Assembly: GCA_964016885.1 (NCBI GenBank)
Contig: OZ024741.1
Location: 102,114,001 to 102,178,000 of the forward strand
Reading direction: 5' to 3'
DNA: 64,000 bases
Origin: Eledone cirrhosa
Lineage: Eukaryota
Shown here: positions 25,731 through 39,301 of the stretch, in pieces
Position numbering within the stretch: position 1 is the first letter of the stretch
Layout: every line of letters starts with the position of its first letter
Made by a program: the position numbers and the translations under genes
The notes under the pieces: model-generated
Told to the model about the DNA's origin: nothing
What the model saw: the letters and a program-made list of their open reading frames with translations, nothing else
Databases searched by the model: none

Positions 25731-26757
25731 AACTGGCGCTGCGGCTTGTATTTAACTATATCAAATCTATCACATTTTAATGACTATGTTGTCAACCTAA
25801 GTATCATACAATATCTAACACTTCGTTGAGTATCGCCAATTAACTTTAAATTATATATTTCCATACTTACTACATTAATTCGTAGATTCAGAAGTCACTC
25901 TGAATTTTACTCTGAATTAATGTGTAGTTAGAAATATGGTGTACATCTTATTTTTATTTTGGTTATATTACCAGTTTTTCACTCATAACATAGAGATAAT
26001 ACCAGCATTGGGAGGGGTTAGGCTATATTTCACAATAGACTTGGACTTATTACTAGTTTCGGGGGCCCACATTTCACATTCAGCCTAGGTCTAATACCAT
26101 ACTTGTGGTCCTATATTTAAGAACTGATCTTGATCCACCACCAGTTTTAGCGGCGTATATTACCCAACTCACATGGTGCTATATTAGCTTTGGGTAATAT
26201 TTCAGAACTAATCTGGAGTTAATAGCTGTTTCATGAGACTAGATTTCACAAATTGGTTGGCCCTTTTATCAGTCAAAGTGGGATCACTCTAGAAACGGCT
26301 ACTAGATCTAGTTTAGTTCTGAAATTTAGGCACACAAAGCTAATAACAGGAGCATGTAAGTTGAGAAATGAACGCCGCTAAAACTTGTTATGAGTCAAGA
26401 TCAGTTGTTAAATGTAGGCCAATAATTATGGTATTAGATGCAGGCCGAATGTGAACTATGGGCCCCCTAAATTAGTAATAGGTCCAAGTCTATTGTGAAA
26501 TATAACCACCCCTACCAATCCTGGTATTATCTCCATGTTATTAGTGAAAACAGACAATATAACCAAAACAAATATCATATGTACGGCATATTTCTAAGTA
26601 CACATTAATTCAGAGTAAAATTTGGTTAAAAGAACACATTGTATATGTGTCAATCACTTCTGAATCTACGAAATATCTCCTTCTCGATTTATGAAATAGG
26701 CTTTCTAATACTTTTAGAAGATAATATTATTGAACTGAAAAAAAATTAAAATAGATG

Positions 26758-26803
26758 TGCCCCAGGTGAGGATCGAACTCACGACCTTCAGATTCCTCCA
26801 AGT
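26758..26803 (-). pseudogene. tRNA-Met 3' exon plus half intron (5' part deleted)
   Basis: Perfect 3' exon preceded by ACTTGGAGGA, fused to sequence matching 19700-19755. Confidence 0.8.
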
Positions 26804-27608
26804 GACAGAGAGGAAGAGAGATATAGTGGAAGAATCGATCACCCAGTACTAGACTGGTACTTTTTTTATCGACCTCGAAAGGATGAAAGGCAAAGAATCT
26901 GAAGATCGTGAGTTCGATCCACACATGTGATGTTTTCTTTTTTTTTTCTTTAATTATTATATTTTTTACTTCAATAATATGAAACACTGAAGGAATTAGA
27001 AATCTTACTTCATGAAACGAGGAGATATTTCGTAGATTTAAAAGTAATCGACCATATAATATATGTATTATTAACCAAAGTGTACACAGTATTAACTGAT
27101 AGTCAGAAGTAGGGTCTAATTTCGTATTCTGCCAGAGCCTATGACAATTCAGCTCCAGGTTTTACACTTTACAAATGACTTGGTTGTAATATTATCATTG
27201 TAGGCCTATATTTTACAACAGATGTGTGCCTGGTACCATTTTGGGGGCCGTACATCTAACATTTGTCCTGGGCCTTCTTTGTGGGTCTACATTTCAAAAG
27301 TGATCTGCGGAGGGGGGGGGGGGTTATTAGCAGATTTGGAAATCTGCATTTCACAAATGGACTGGTCTTATCATCAGCTTTATGTACCTATATTTCAAAA
27401 CTGACCTAGCATCACCAGCAAATTAATTTAGTAGCTGGAGGTTAGCTATATTTCACACTTCCCGTCGTTTTGGGAGGGAATCTTTCTAGGTGCAAATCCC
27501 ATTTTCATTTGTGACCGAAGGGAGTCGTTACCCCTTTTAAATCTCACAGATGGCATGTGCCAATTACCTACTTTGTTCTCCTACATTTTACACCTCGCCT
27601 GGCCATAT

Positions 27609-27760
27609 GTGGAGTTGCGTGGCCTAGTGGTGAGACTGTTGGACTTAAGATCATAATGTCGTGGGTTCGGTTCCTGGGCCGGGTTGCGAGTTGTGTTCTT
27701 GACAAAAATAGTTCATTTATTGTTGCTCCAGTATACAGAGCTGATGAGTACAACCAATAG
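27609..27760 (+). mobile_element. tRNA-derived SINE (inverted duplicate of the 18290 copy)
   Basis: Reverse complement of 18290-18438 including flanks. Confidence 0.7.
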
Positions 27761-28534
27761 TTGGGGATTTAACCCTGCAATGGGTTGTAACTGAGTCAAT
27801 GAATAATTATTGATCGATAAAGTAAGTGCCAGTTAAAAGGTTGTATGCGTATACATCTATTGACATTGGCATTTTACCAAAACCAGACCTATTACCAGCT
27901 TTGGTCCTAAACCGATCTATTACCAGCTTTGGTGTCTAAATTTCAATTGACCTGATCCTATTACCAGCTTCTGGAGAATCTATTTCAAATTTGATCTGGT
28001 CCGAACACCAGCTTTGGGGACCTACAGTTTACATTTGATCTGGTCCTTAATATCGATTTAGGGGCAAAAATGTTTCACAACTGTCCTTGAAGGAATGTCA
28101 TCACCAGCAGATTTATTTTGGGCTTGAGGATGTGCTAATTTTCACATCTGACGTGTTTTGGTAGTCTACATTTCAGAATGGACTTGGACTTATTCCTACG
28201 TTTTGAGGGTTACGTTTTACATCTGACCATTTTACCTTCACCTGGTCATATTAGCAGCTTTCTTTATGGGATGAGTGGTTCATTTCATATCTCACCTGCT
28301 CCTATATTCTGGTTTACCCAATCTTTATTGTAAATGTGTTAAAATAGCAATGCGTGCAGGTTGCGTTTAAAATATTTCGAAGTATTTAACTAATTCCTGT
28401 TACGATAACTTATGTTGCATCAAAGATTCACATATACGGTTAGATGTAGTCCTAACGTAAGGTTATCTCCCTTGCACAATAATAGATGATATTATTGAAG
28501 CCCCCCCCCCCCCCAAAAAAAATGAAAAGATGTG

Positions 28535-28629
28535 TGCCCCAGGTGAGGATCGAACTCACGACCTTCAGATACCTCCACGTATTACTTTTGATTATGAGAC
28601 TGACGCGCTGCCTACTGCGCTACCGAGGC
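28535..28629 (-). tRNA. tRNA-Met-CAT: Elongator tRNA-Met(CAT) with 22-nt intron, intact
   Basis: Consensus exons; intron ATCAAAAGTAATACGTGGAGGT; recent duplicate of the 21276 copy. Confidence 0.92.
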
Positions 28630-29710
28630 AACTGCCATAATTGCTTTTATTTAACTACATCACTTGCTAATTGCTATATTGTCGGCCAATGTACAATGTC
28701 TAAGACTTCATTGTGTATCTCTCATTAACTTTCAATAAGAGATATTTTCATAGCTGCGTCATTAGATGTTATCTACTTTAATTACTTGCTAAGTATAAAA
28801 CTGATTGTACTTTCATTCTTATATTAAGGAGATAACCATGAATTATGAAGTCTTCACGATCTCTAATTATGGAGATTTATTTACACTCACTTATTTCACA
28901 TAAATCTGAATTACATGAGGGATACTTTAATACATATTAATTATAACGTTCGTGGCTGCATTGTTGTGCAGTATGATGCAAGGGAGATAACCTTACATCC
29001 CGACTTCATCTATTTATACTGTATATGTGAATCTTTGATGTAACATATGCTATCATAACAGAAATTAATTAAATACTACAAAATATTTTGAACGTAGAAC
29101 TCATTACTATTTCGCCACATTTACAATAAAGATTGGGTAAACCAGAATATAGGACCAGATGAGATATGAAATGTTGTACCCACTCCGTAAGGAAATCTGC
29201 TAATATAACCAGGTGAAGTGAAAAATGTCGGCTAACGAAATTGATAATCGTCCCAGGTCAGATGTAAAACGTAACCCCCACAATTTAGGAATAAGCCGGA
29301 GTCGAATATGAAATGTAGAGTACTACAACGCAAGAAAATTAGCACACTCTGAACCCCGAGGTAAATCTACTGGTGATGACATATTTCAAAAACAGTAAAT
29401 TGATATTAAGGGCCAGATCAAATGTGAACTGTAGGTCCCCAAAGTTGGTGTTCGGACCAGACCAAATTTGAAATAGACTCTCCAGAAGCTGGTAATAGGA
29501 GCAGTTCAATTGAAATTTAGGAACCAAAACTGGTAATAGGTCGAGTTTAGTTGGTAAGTATGTACCTAAAACTGGTAATATGACAATGGCGCTTCTTGAA
29601 ATGTAGTCCCACTTAAGCTGATATGGCCAGGCTAATTGTGAAATCTAATCTCACGAAGCTGCTATTATCTCCATGTTAGTTTTTAAATATAGGCACACAA
29701 AGCTAATAAT

Positions 29711-29821
29711 TGTTTCTACGTTAGGCACAAGGCCAGCAAATTACCCAGTGTATTACTGGTACTTTATTTTATCGACCCCGTAAGGATGAAAGGCAAAGTT
29801 AACCTCGGCGGGATTTGAACT
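29711..29821 (-). mobile_element. 5'-truncated Nin-core SINE with 13-bp TSD
   Basis: CAAAGCTAATAAT at 29698-29710 and 29822-29834, inserted inside a satellite monomer. Confidence 0.88.
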
Positions 29822-30214
29822 CAAAGCTAATAATCGCACCACGTGAGCTAAGAAATGAACGCCGCTAAAACTTGCAATTCTTAAATGTAGGCCTACAAGA
29901 ATGGTATTAGACCCAGGCCAAATGTGAAACGTGGGCCCCCATAACTAGTAATATATCCAAGTCCCCCTCCCAATGCTGGTATTATCTCCATGTTATTCTT
30001 GAAAAACTGGTAATAAGACCAAAATAAGTATCATATGTACACCACATTATTAAGTACACATTAATTCAGAGTAAAATTTGGTTAAAAGAACAAATTGTAT
30101 ATAGTCAATCACTTCCGAATCTACGAAATATCTCATTCTCGATTCACGAAATAGACTTTCTAATGCCCTCAGATGATAATACTATTGAACTGAAAAATAG
30201 AATAATATAAAGTG

Positions 30215-30309
30215 TGCCCCAGGTGAGGATCGAACTCACGTCTTTCAGATTCCTCCTAGTATTATTAGTGATTACGGGCCTGTGGCGCTGCCTACTGCGC
30301 TACCGAGGC
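30215..30309 (-). pseudogene. tRNA-Met-derived copy, anticodon CGT, disrupted anticodon and D stems
   Basis: Acceptor and T arm intact; CACAGG-CCCGTA in the anticodon arm. Confidence 0.75.
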
Positions 30310-31141
30310 AACTGGCAGTGCCACTTATATAACTACATCAACACCATCACTTGCTAATTGCTAGTGTCAGCCAATGTACAATGTCCAAGATTTCATTATG
30401 TATCTCTCATTAACTTTTAATTTGAGATATTTCGATAGCTGCTTCATTATATCTTATCTACTTTAATTACCTGTTAAATAAAAAAACTATTTGTACTTTC
30501 ATTCTTGTGCTAAGGAGATAACCATACATTCTGAAAACTCCACGGTCTATAATTATTGATTTTTATTTGCACTCACTTCAAATGTAGACTCCCAAAACCC
30601 GTGAGATGTTAAATGAAGCCCACCCCATTTGCTGGTGATGGCAACTCTCCAAGGACAGTCGTGAAATTTAGACCCCCTAAATTGGTATTAAGGGCCAAAC
30701 CAAATGTAAAATGCAGAGCCTCCCCACATCTGGTATCTGGACCTGAATAAATGTGAAATCGAAGCTGCAGATGTTGGTAATACGCCCAGACCGATCTAAA
30801 TTTAGACACCAAAGATGGTATTGTGTCCTCGTTATTTGAAAAAAATTGACCCCTGTCATTTTCTAAAATACATTCTTACTTAAGTTGATAAAAGAACCGA
30901 GTCATGTCTGAAATCTTGTCCCCCGGAACGGCTATAAAGCTGAGGAGGTCAGTTTTGGAATTTAGGCACCGAAAGCTGGTATTATCTCCATGTTATCTGT
31001 GAAAAAATGGTAATAAGTCCAGACCAAATATTGAATGTACACCACCTTTCCAACTGTCCATTAATTAAGTGTACAATTTTGTTAGTAGTAAATTGGTTCG
31101 GAGGATAATATAATTAGATAAAAATAAATAAAAAACAACAC

Positions 31142-31236
31142 AGCCCTATGTGAAGATCGAACTGACGACTTTCAGATATCTCTAAGAATAACTTTTGATT
31201 ATGAGACTGACACGCTACCTGCTGCGCTACCGACAG
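31142..31236 (-). pseudogene. Highly degenerate tRNA-Met(CAT) copy, last of the array
   Basis: Anticodon arm and intron recognisable; acceptor and T stems broken. Confidence 0.72.
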
Positions 31237-31872
31237 GACTGTTGTTTCTGCCTATTTAACTACATCAAATCTATCACTTTTTAATGACTATGTTGTCAGC
31301 TTATGCATCATACTATATCGAACACTTCATTGAGTATCTGAAATTAACTTAAATTATATATTTACATTCTTACTATATTATTCCCCTATTTACTTTAACT
31401 ACTACCTCCTAACAAACTGGTTGTATTTTCAGTCTAGTGTAGGGGAGATAACTTTAATTTCTGAAATCTCTTGGACCTCTATGAACATTAGCATATTTTC
31501 CCTTTTTTTTTGTGGAAAGGAGAAAACCTCACATTCGGAAATACTTCGTAATTTATATATGAGATTTTTACATAGTATGTACTACCATAACTGTAATTAA
31601 TTAAATACCATCGATTATTTTGAACTTACAAATAAGAATGTGAAATCAAGGATGTAAGCCTAAGTAAGATGTGAAATGTCTAGTAATAGGCTCTAGTGAG
31701 ATATGATATGTAGGCCACTAAAGCCTGTGACAGGCACAAGTCAGTTGCGAAAACTGGTATTAAGACCAGACCAGTTGTAAAATGAGGTCCATAAAATTGG
31801 TAATAGGTGTCAAGTCCAATGTGAACTGTAGGGCCTTTAAGCTGGTAATAGCACCAGTCTGTTGTGAAATTA

Positions 31873-32004
<132 letters not shown>

Positions 32005-32409
32005 GAAAAGGGAAGTAAGGTTCTATACAAAACAGTGGTTATAGAGAAAAGGTGAAATTGGAAATAGCACGGAAAATATATTTAAGGGTCAGTTTTTCTT
32101 TTTTTTTCTTTTCTTTGGTTCGTCAAAGTGACATTGAAAAAATGAGAGGGACAATTCTTTAAAAAAAGAGTTTTATAATGTATATAAAGTATATAAAGTA
32201 TAACTCGTTTCGATGTATTAGTAAAATTCATCTTATCAAATGTTGAGTATTACAATTAAAAAGAATTAATAAGAATTAAAAACTAAAAATTAAAGATTTA
32301 AAAATTTAAAGATATAAAATTAAGTGTTTTTTTCATCTTCCTTGTTGAGAAGGAAAATGAAAAAAACTTGCCCCAACACTTAATTTTAAATCTTTAATTT
32401 TTAAATGGG

Positions 32410-32839
<430 letters not shown>

Positions 32840-33317
32840 AGTGCTTACGTGTATGTGTACGGGGAAGAATGTTAATGTAAATATATATATGTTTGTATAT
32901 GCTCTCTGTCTCTCTCTATCCCTCTCTCTATATAACATATATATCTTGATATATATCGGACGAAACACAGAACAGTCCTCTCTTATCAGTCGACCGTGGA
33001 AGGTTCTTCTAGTTTCGGGTTTTTTGGACGACCCTACTAGCTCCAGTGCAGACAGTAATAAATTGACACAAGACTGGGCGATTTGTATTTCGACTATTTA
33101 TAAACAAAATGTGGCACAAACTCATGTGCTGCAACAAAAAAGAAGAGACAGAAACAAAGATCAACATATTAGCCAAGAAGAGCAAGTATGCACTGGCGAA
33201 ATGAGACATGAAATGGTCGTACGGAGGTATATCCTGTATAAACAGATACAAAACGGCAGGAGCAGAGAGAATGAGAGAAATAGAGGAGAGAGGGAGGAAG
33301 AGAGAAAGAGAGAGAAA

Positions 33318-33322
<5 letters not shown>

Positions 33323-33375
<53 letters not shown>

Positions 33376-33514
33376 GAGAGAGAGAGAGAGAGATAGATAG
33401 AAAGAGAGGAGATAACTGAGGGCGCAGAACAGACAGAGAATATACAAGCATTAATAACAAAAAATATCGTTCGTTTAGAAGTAAGTACCATATAGAAAGA
33501 CGCAACACTGAAGG

Positions 33515-33568
<54 letters not shown>
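33323..33568. repeat. (GA)n microsatellites
   Basis: Direct reading; two tracts. Confidence 0.93.
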
Positions 33569-33571
<3 letters not shown>

Positions 33572-34982
33572 GGAGGGGGGAGAAAGAGAGAGTGAGAAAA
33601 AGAAAGAGAACAGAGAACAGAGAACATAGGTGGAACTGTTGTTTCCATTTCTTCATCTTTCTTCTATCTCATTCTATCTTCTGATAAACGACTATCGTCC
33701 GAAACGTTAAAACACGTTTCCTACTATATCATCACCCATTGTTGCTCTTCCACTTACTTTTCGCAGATCGACCTTAATCCACTGAAACCACAAGGACCTG
33801 CAGAAGTCGACTGGTGAGAAGGGACTACTTTGGTCTTCGTCCCTTTTTCTGTTGTCTTTGCCCATCTTTTAGGTGCGCATGACATTCTTTCAAATTGATA
33901 TATTCGCTTAGGGTGAAAGCAGGAATTTTTTGCTTAGACATTTAATCTGTACTAATATATATACACACACACATATATATATATGTTTATATACATACAA
34001 ACATACATACATGCATGCATACGTACATACATACATTAGTATGTTTGTCTACTGTATATGTATATAGTGTGTAGAGTGTGTATTATTGTATACATTTGAT
34101 GCTCTGTTGCGTAGAGAAAGTGGAATCTGTTTATCTGCCTTTGTTGCCTCTATTTCTATTACTCAGTTTGACCACACAGGACAGCAAACATTAGAAAATA
34201 GAAAACAAACAAACAAGCTAAGATAACGAGTGGATCATGTATAATTTCCAACCAGTGTGACTGACTTTATTACATTAAGACCCTCGTTATGACATCACCA
34301 CTCTATTACAACAGTAAATTTTATATCGCCATGCTGTTTGTTCCATTATACGACGTTAAACTTCTGCAAAGTTAACATTTTCTGCATTATATATTTTTAT
34401 TTTTGTAATTTATTTTTGTGTCTATATATTTTGTATTATTATACCACTATTCTGTTCTATTTTGATATACTGGCGTTCTTGACATCTATGAGCGTTTTCT
34501 AGATATTTACATTTTACAGCAGAATCTCTTCCTTCTGATTTATTTTAATTTTATTTGATTCTTATTTGTCCGACATAATTTATCGTACCGTCAATTGCAC
34601 ATCGCTTGTCGTCAGCCATTTTTCTTTTTCTTTTCTTTTTACATGTCACCATAGATATATATTGGACTCTGCTTGAAAAAAACCTCTTCGTCGTTGAATT
34701 TGCTACTAAATCTATAGAATGCTGCACTAAACATCTTGTTTTATTTCAAATGTTGTTTAAACTGTCTTAAATATATTGATAATGAAGAAACATAAAGATA
34801 GATATATTCAAACTATCTTTATGAGCGTGTGTTTAAGCTTTGGAATCGCGTGAACCGTGTTCGATCGATCCCAAATCCGGAGAGATACTGACAGCAATAA
34901 TATAGATGATTATTGCCTTTTATCCTACCCGAGTTGAATGGTGGGCTTGTGTCTGATTTAGAAGCCATTATCAGAAATAGAA

Positions 34983-35155
34983 GGGCAGTATCGGTAGAGA
35001 GTCGGACGCCATGCTTTCCAGCATAGTTACGTCCTTTACGGTCTGAGTTCAAATCCCGCCGAGGTTTACTTTGCCTTTCAACGTTACGGGGTCGATAAAA
35101 TAAAGTACCAGTAATGCACTGGGTATTTGCTGGCCTTGTGCATAAAGTAGAAACA
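34983..35155 (+). mobile_element. Nin-core SINE with 16-bp TSD
   Basis: ATTATCAGAAATAGAA at 34967-34982 and 35156-35171. Confidence 0.9.
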
Positions 35156-35230
35156 ATTATCAGAAATAGAAACAAAAACAACAAAAACGGAACAACAGGA
35201 AATGGATTATATTTCTTTGTTAGATTTCGA

Positions 35231-35288
35231 ATACCTGATGATGTCACCGGATTCATACTGAACCCGGTCATTGAAATGTTCATAGTAT
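35231..35288 (+). ncRNA. Minimal type I hammerhead ribozyme motif (Penelope-like)
   Basis: Stem I ATAC/GTAT, CTGATGA, stem II ACCGG…TTCA-TAC-TGAA…CCGGT, GAAA, stem III ATG-TT-CAT, H17=A; AATAAA immediately after. Confidence 0.6.
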
Positions 35289-35475
35289 AATAAACCTTTA
35301 AGGAATTACACCAGTCCAGCCTCCTGTTATTTTATAATAATTAACTCCGTACTCGCACCACCAACAACACAAACGAAGACGGGTGAGTTGCATTACGTCG
35401 AGTGCGCTCCCTAATATTACATCGCGGTTGACCATACGGAATGACCAGTTCCATCCAGTGGTGAACCAACAAGCT

Positions 35476-35601
<126 letters not shown>

Positions 35602-35699
35602 AGATAAGAGAATATACGAAAATGGAAAATAAAAAATGAGGCTTTCATGCGCAACTGCTTCAGGTCGGGATCCTTAAATATATCAAAAGATGGCCTTGA

Positions 35700-37720
35700 G
35701 AGTTACATATACAAGGTCCACTCTGATCCCCGAAAAACGCCCCTCTACACTCGATCACCGATAGGTTGATGGCACCTGAGACGGAGATCCAGTTTGACCT
35801 TTCGGATCTCATGTTCAAAGAAGTTGAACAAGTAAAAATAACAAGAGCACAGAGTGTCCTGGACAACAACTGCTTATTATAAAGGAACTATAAACACTAA
35901 TCAGATTACTGCAGCGAGCGTGGATGGAAGTATTAGTATTACATAACTGGTGCATGACAGAAGGTCTGCATACGTCTAAAGACAAAAGAACAAGACCTGT
36001 TGACTAGTTCCGGTCAATATCCCTCCTCAACGTAGCGGTGAAAGTGTTTTATGTTGTGTAGGTAAGAAGAATATCAATGGTCCTAGCAAGGAACAAATTC
36101 GTCCAGAAAGCTGGTGTTCCAGTATTCCCAGAATGTCTAGAGCTTGCACAGATAATTTGGAGTTTCATTTAGCAGGAAAAAAGTGAGGAAAGGCCTTTCA
36201 GATTGTTTGTCTTGTCTTGGAAAATGCATACGGGTCAGTTTCTAATGTGTTGATACATGTCTTTTATTTTCCAGGACGGATAAGAAATCTGCTGCAATAC
36301 CGTGATTGGTATTAATAGGATTTATTGCTAAACGCAAGCTCTAAAAGTGGGCAAAATGATGGGGTGCGCTATTTCTCTATTCCTTTTCATGATGGACGTG
36401 GATGTGTTATTGAGAGGATTAAAAAGCTGCTTGGAAAGAGTACACCTTGTAACACTGCGTACATTTAAGGATAGCATCACGGCTATTGTGAAAACAAAGA
36501 AAAAAAGAACAAAGAATCTTGGTTTGGCTGGAAGAGTTATTTCAGCAATGTCGACAACGTACCAAGGTTGAAATTAGCTGAAGTTTGTTTCCTTAATGCG
36601 AGCCCACATTTTGAGTAATTACATTTTAAATTGGAGAGGAAGTGATTCTAACAGTCAGGCATCAGGAAATTAAGAAACTTTATCCTACCTACGCAGTGTC
36701 TCTAAATGGGTTCTGTGATAAAGGTGGAGCTGAAACAAGGATTAACTGCCATTATCAAAAGCAGTTTGACAGAGAAATTTAAGACCTTGTATTATTCACA
36801 CGGGCCAAGGCTGTTGTGACTCTTTCAAGTGTACAAAGTATCTTTGACAAAAGTAGGGAAATGCATTAGCACTTTGTCTCCCGTCAAACTTTACAAAAGT
36901 CATAATTAATAGCATCACGGTGAAATTCTAAGTTTCTTTAACATCCCTGGTGAGGAGTTTAAAGTAGCAAAGGTTGATGCCATATAGTATTTCGAGATTC
37001 TGATGATCCCATTGTCCGCACAACCTAGTCAAATGTAATGACAGGAAGAAAATGAAGAGCAAATAATGCGGTGATGGGAACATTATAGAAAACGAAGCCG
37101 ATCAGTTTGCAATTCCTCAGGAGAACGGTGTATGCTGTGCTCCCATCCCCATCTAATATTTAGCGGTGGGGGTGGATTTATACTGCTGAGTGTCATCCAT
37201 GTGGAGGTTATGCATCATTGGAGCCTGTTCCAGTAACATGTAAACCCTTCCTGGTTGAGTATTCTTGGCTGCATAACAAATTCATAACCCGCCCTCCCCA
37301 AGAAAAAACGACAACAATTCAGCACTGTTAATACAAGTAAAAATCAATGCTGTTGTCTTCTGCAAGGAAGATTAGAAAGGAAAACGCAGGTGAGGGGAAT
37401 GAAAGTTGATACTCATACATTTTCGAGGTGCCAATGATTGGAGAGTACAAGCTGGCCATATTGCTATAACAACACAATGCCACAACCTTATAGCAAGGTC
37501 TGACTCAACAAAAAAAAAATCCTGATTGTTGCATTGGGAAGGTAATATGGAATGGAATCGGGAAAAAAAGTACATATAATATGAAGAACTAAAGGAGTCG
37601 TATGATGGTTGAGGAGGGCAGTGTACATTGCTTTCACTTGAGATAAGATGTAGTGGATTTGTTGCAAGATCAACCATATCCTACATCACTGACATTCGAC
37701 TAGAGTAGTGATCTCCAGTC
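35700..37720 (+). mobile_element. Decayed Hero/R2-group non-LTR retrotransposon (RT + RLE)
   Basis: Ordered degenerate motifs FRSISLLNV, QKAGVPVFPECLE, LENAYGSV, MMGCAIS, RTFKD, and C-terminal EIRCSGFVA (cf. EVGCRGFV); many stops and frameshifts. Confidence 0.75.
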
Positions 37721-38195
37721 AACAGCTAATGAAGGGAATGCTCTGAAATAGCGATGTATACATGAATGAATGTATAGTATGAGCACCAATCCTAATACCT
37801 AACTTTTGCTGGACCGGCAATCGCTCTGTATAATCAGTCCCTGATTATTACTGGAATTCTATAAGAATCCAGCTTCTATAATTTTCGGCGGAAGCAGGGG
37901 AGTACGTGGCTCTGATGAACGTTAACCACCGTGAAACATACTGTCAGCTTCTCTCCTTTCTTTCGCCGAAAAGAAGTGAGTGACATAGTCACTACTTTAA
38001 AACTGATAGCGTGTGGTCTTCTAAATATTTTAAACTAAACATACGGTATATTGCCAAATAAACTATACATACATGTATAGTTTACATGTATACATCGCTA
38101 TTTCAGAGCACCAATCCTAATATATGTATATATATGTTTATTCCGGGTTCAATCGTAAGTATGTATGTATGTATGTATGTATGTATGTATGTATG

Positions 38196-38226
<31 letters not shown>

Positions 38227-38227
38227 C

Positions 38228-38760
38228 GTTTCTTGGTGAGGAGGGTGACTTTGGACATCCTGCAGGACTAAAAACAAAACCTGTCAAACGGCAAAGGAGC
38301 TCTTAAGCGTCAATGGCCATCCAAAATCACCGGGAGAGATGAACCCTTAGCCTTTGTCAAGGCAGAATTCTAGGAGAAGGAAAACTCTGATATAACACCT
38401 GAAACTCTGATGGTATCCAATGATGTTGACTTGTTCTTCTTTTTGGTAAATATCATCTTGGTTAAGAGAGTGGGACTGGCTTTGTGCAGTGCCTTTGCTC
38501 ACTATAAAAGCTTCACAGCACAGGCATTTCTTTATATCTGGAGATCTCTCTGCACTTGTCGTGACATGGTACCATAGGCCCAGCACTATGTGTCAATAAT
38601 TGTCACAAGTGTAGTGTTTGTACCAGAGTTTTCAAGTCGCTGGCTGGACTAAAAAGTCACACTCGTTCAGCGCATCGGTAGGGGTTCTCCTACATGGATA
38701 TAAAGTAGTGGCCGTACTCGAAAACGAGTTGGCAGCCACCATGTATGTATGTATGTATGT
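38228..38760 (+). mobile_element. Non-autonomous RTE derivative (5'UTR-like part + RTE 3' end) with (ATGT)n tail
   Basis: 38325-38530 aligns with the RTE 5'UTR at 39350-39575; ends TGGCCGTACTCGAAAACGAGTTGGCAGCCACC like the RTE 3' end; second copy at 48465-48998. Confidence 0.85.
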
Positions 38761-38767
38761 ATATAAC

Positions 38768-38832
<65 letters not shown>

Positions 38833-39135
38833 CACAACAACAACATGAACTGCCACCACCACCACCACCGCCGCCGCCGCCGCCATCACCATCACCAGTG
38901 ACCTGGCCTTAAGAAAACAACTTTAATAATAATTTTTCTGCTTTTGGCACGGATCCAGCGACTGTCCCAGCGCATCACTGGTACTCTCTTTTGTTGACTC
39001 CGTGGAGAGCCATAACTCTATGCTGTAAAGCAATTATAGTAATACTGGACTGTAATACGATCGGCTTCAACTATAGAAACTCTTGAAAGTCAACAGTTGA
39101 CATAATCTTGTAATCTTGTATCAGTAATGACGGTA

Positions 39136-39168
<33 letters not shown>

Positions 39169-39301
39169 CGTGTAAGTGAGTAGAGTAGCGTGTGTGTGTG
39201 TTTGTTGTATGTATGAGTGTTGCTGTGTGCGCGCATATGTATGCGTGTGTGTGTATGTCGTACGTATAAGTGTCAATAAGTGATTTTTTTTTTTTTTTTT
39301 T

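Noticed and set aside
32296-32406. AT-rich hairpin as miRNA or MITE
   Set aside because: Low complexity, imperfect and single copy in the window; no supporting evidence
32940-33260. Decayed GIY-YIG coding region (IYIGR…KINILAK…CINR)
   Set aside because: Too degenerate to list as a feature without a profile search; mentioned only as context for the weak hammerhead motif at 33678
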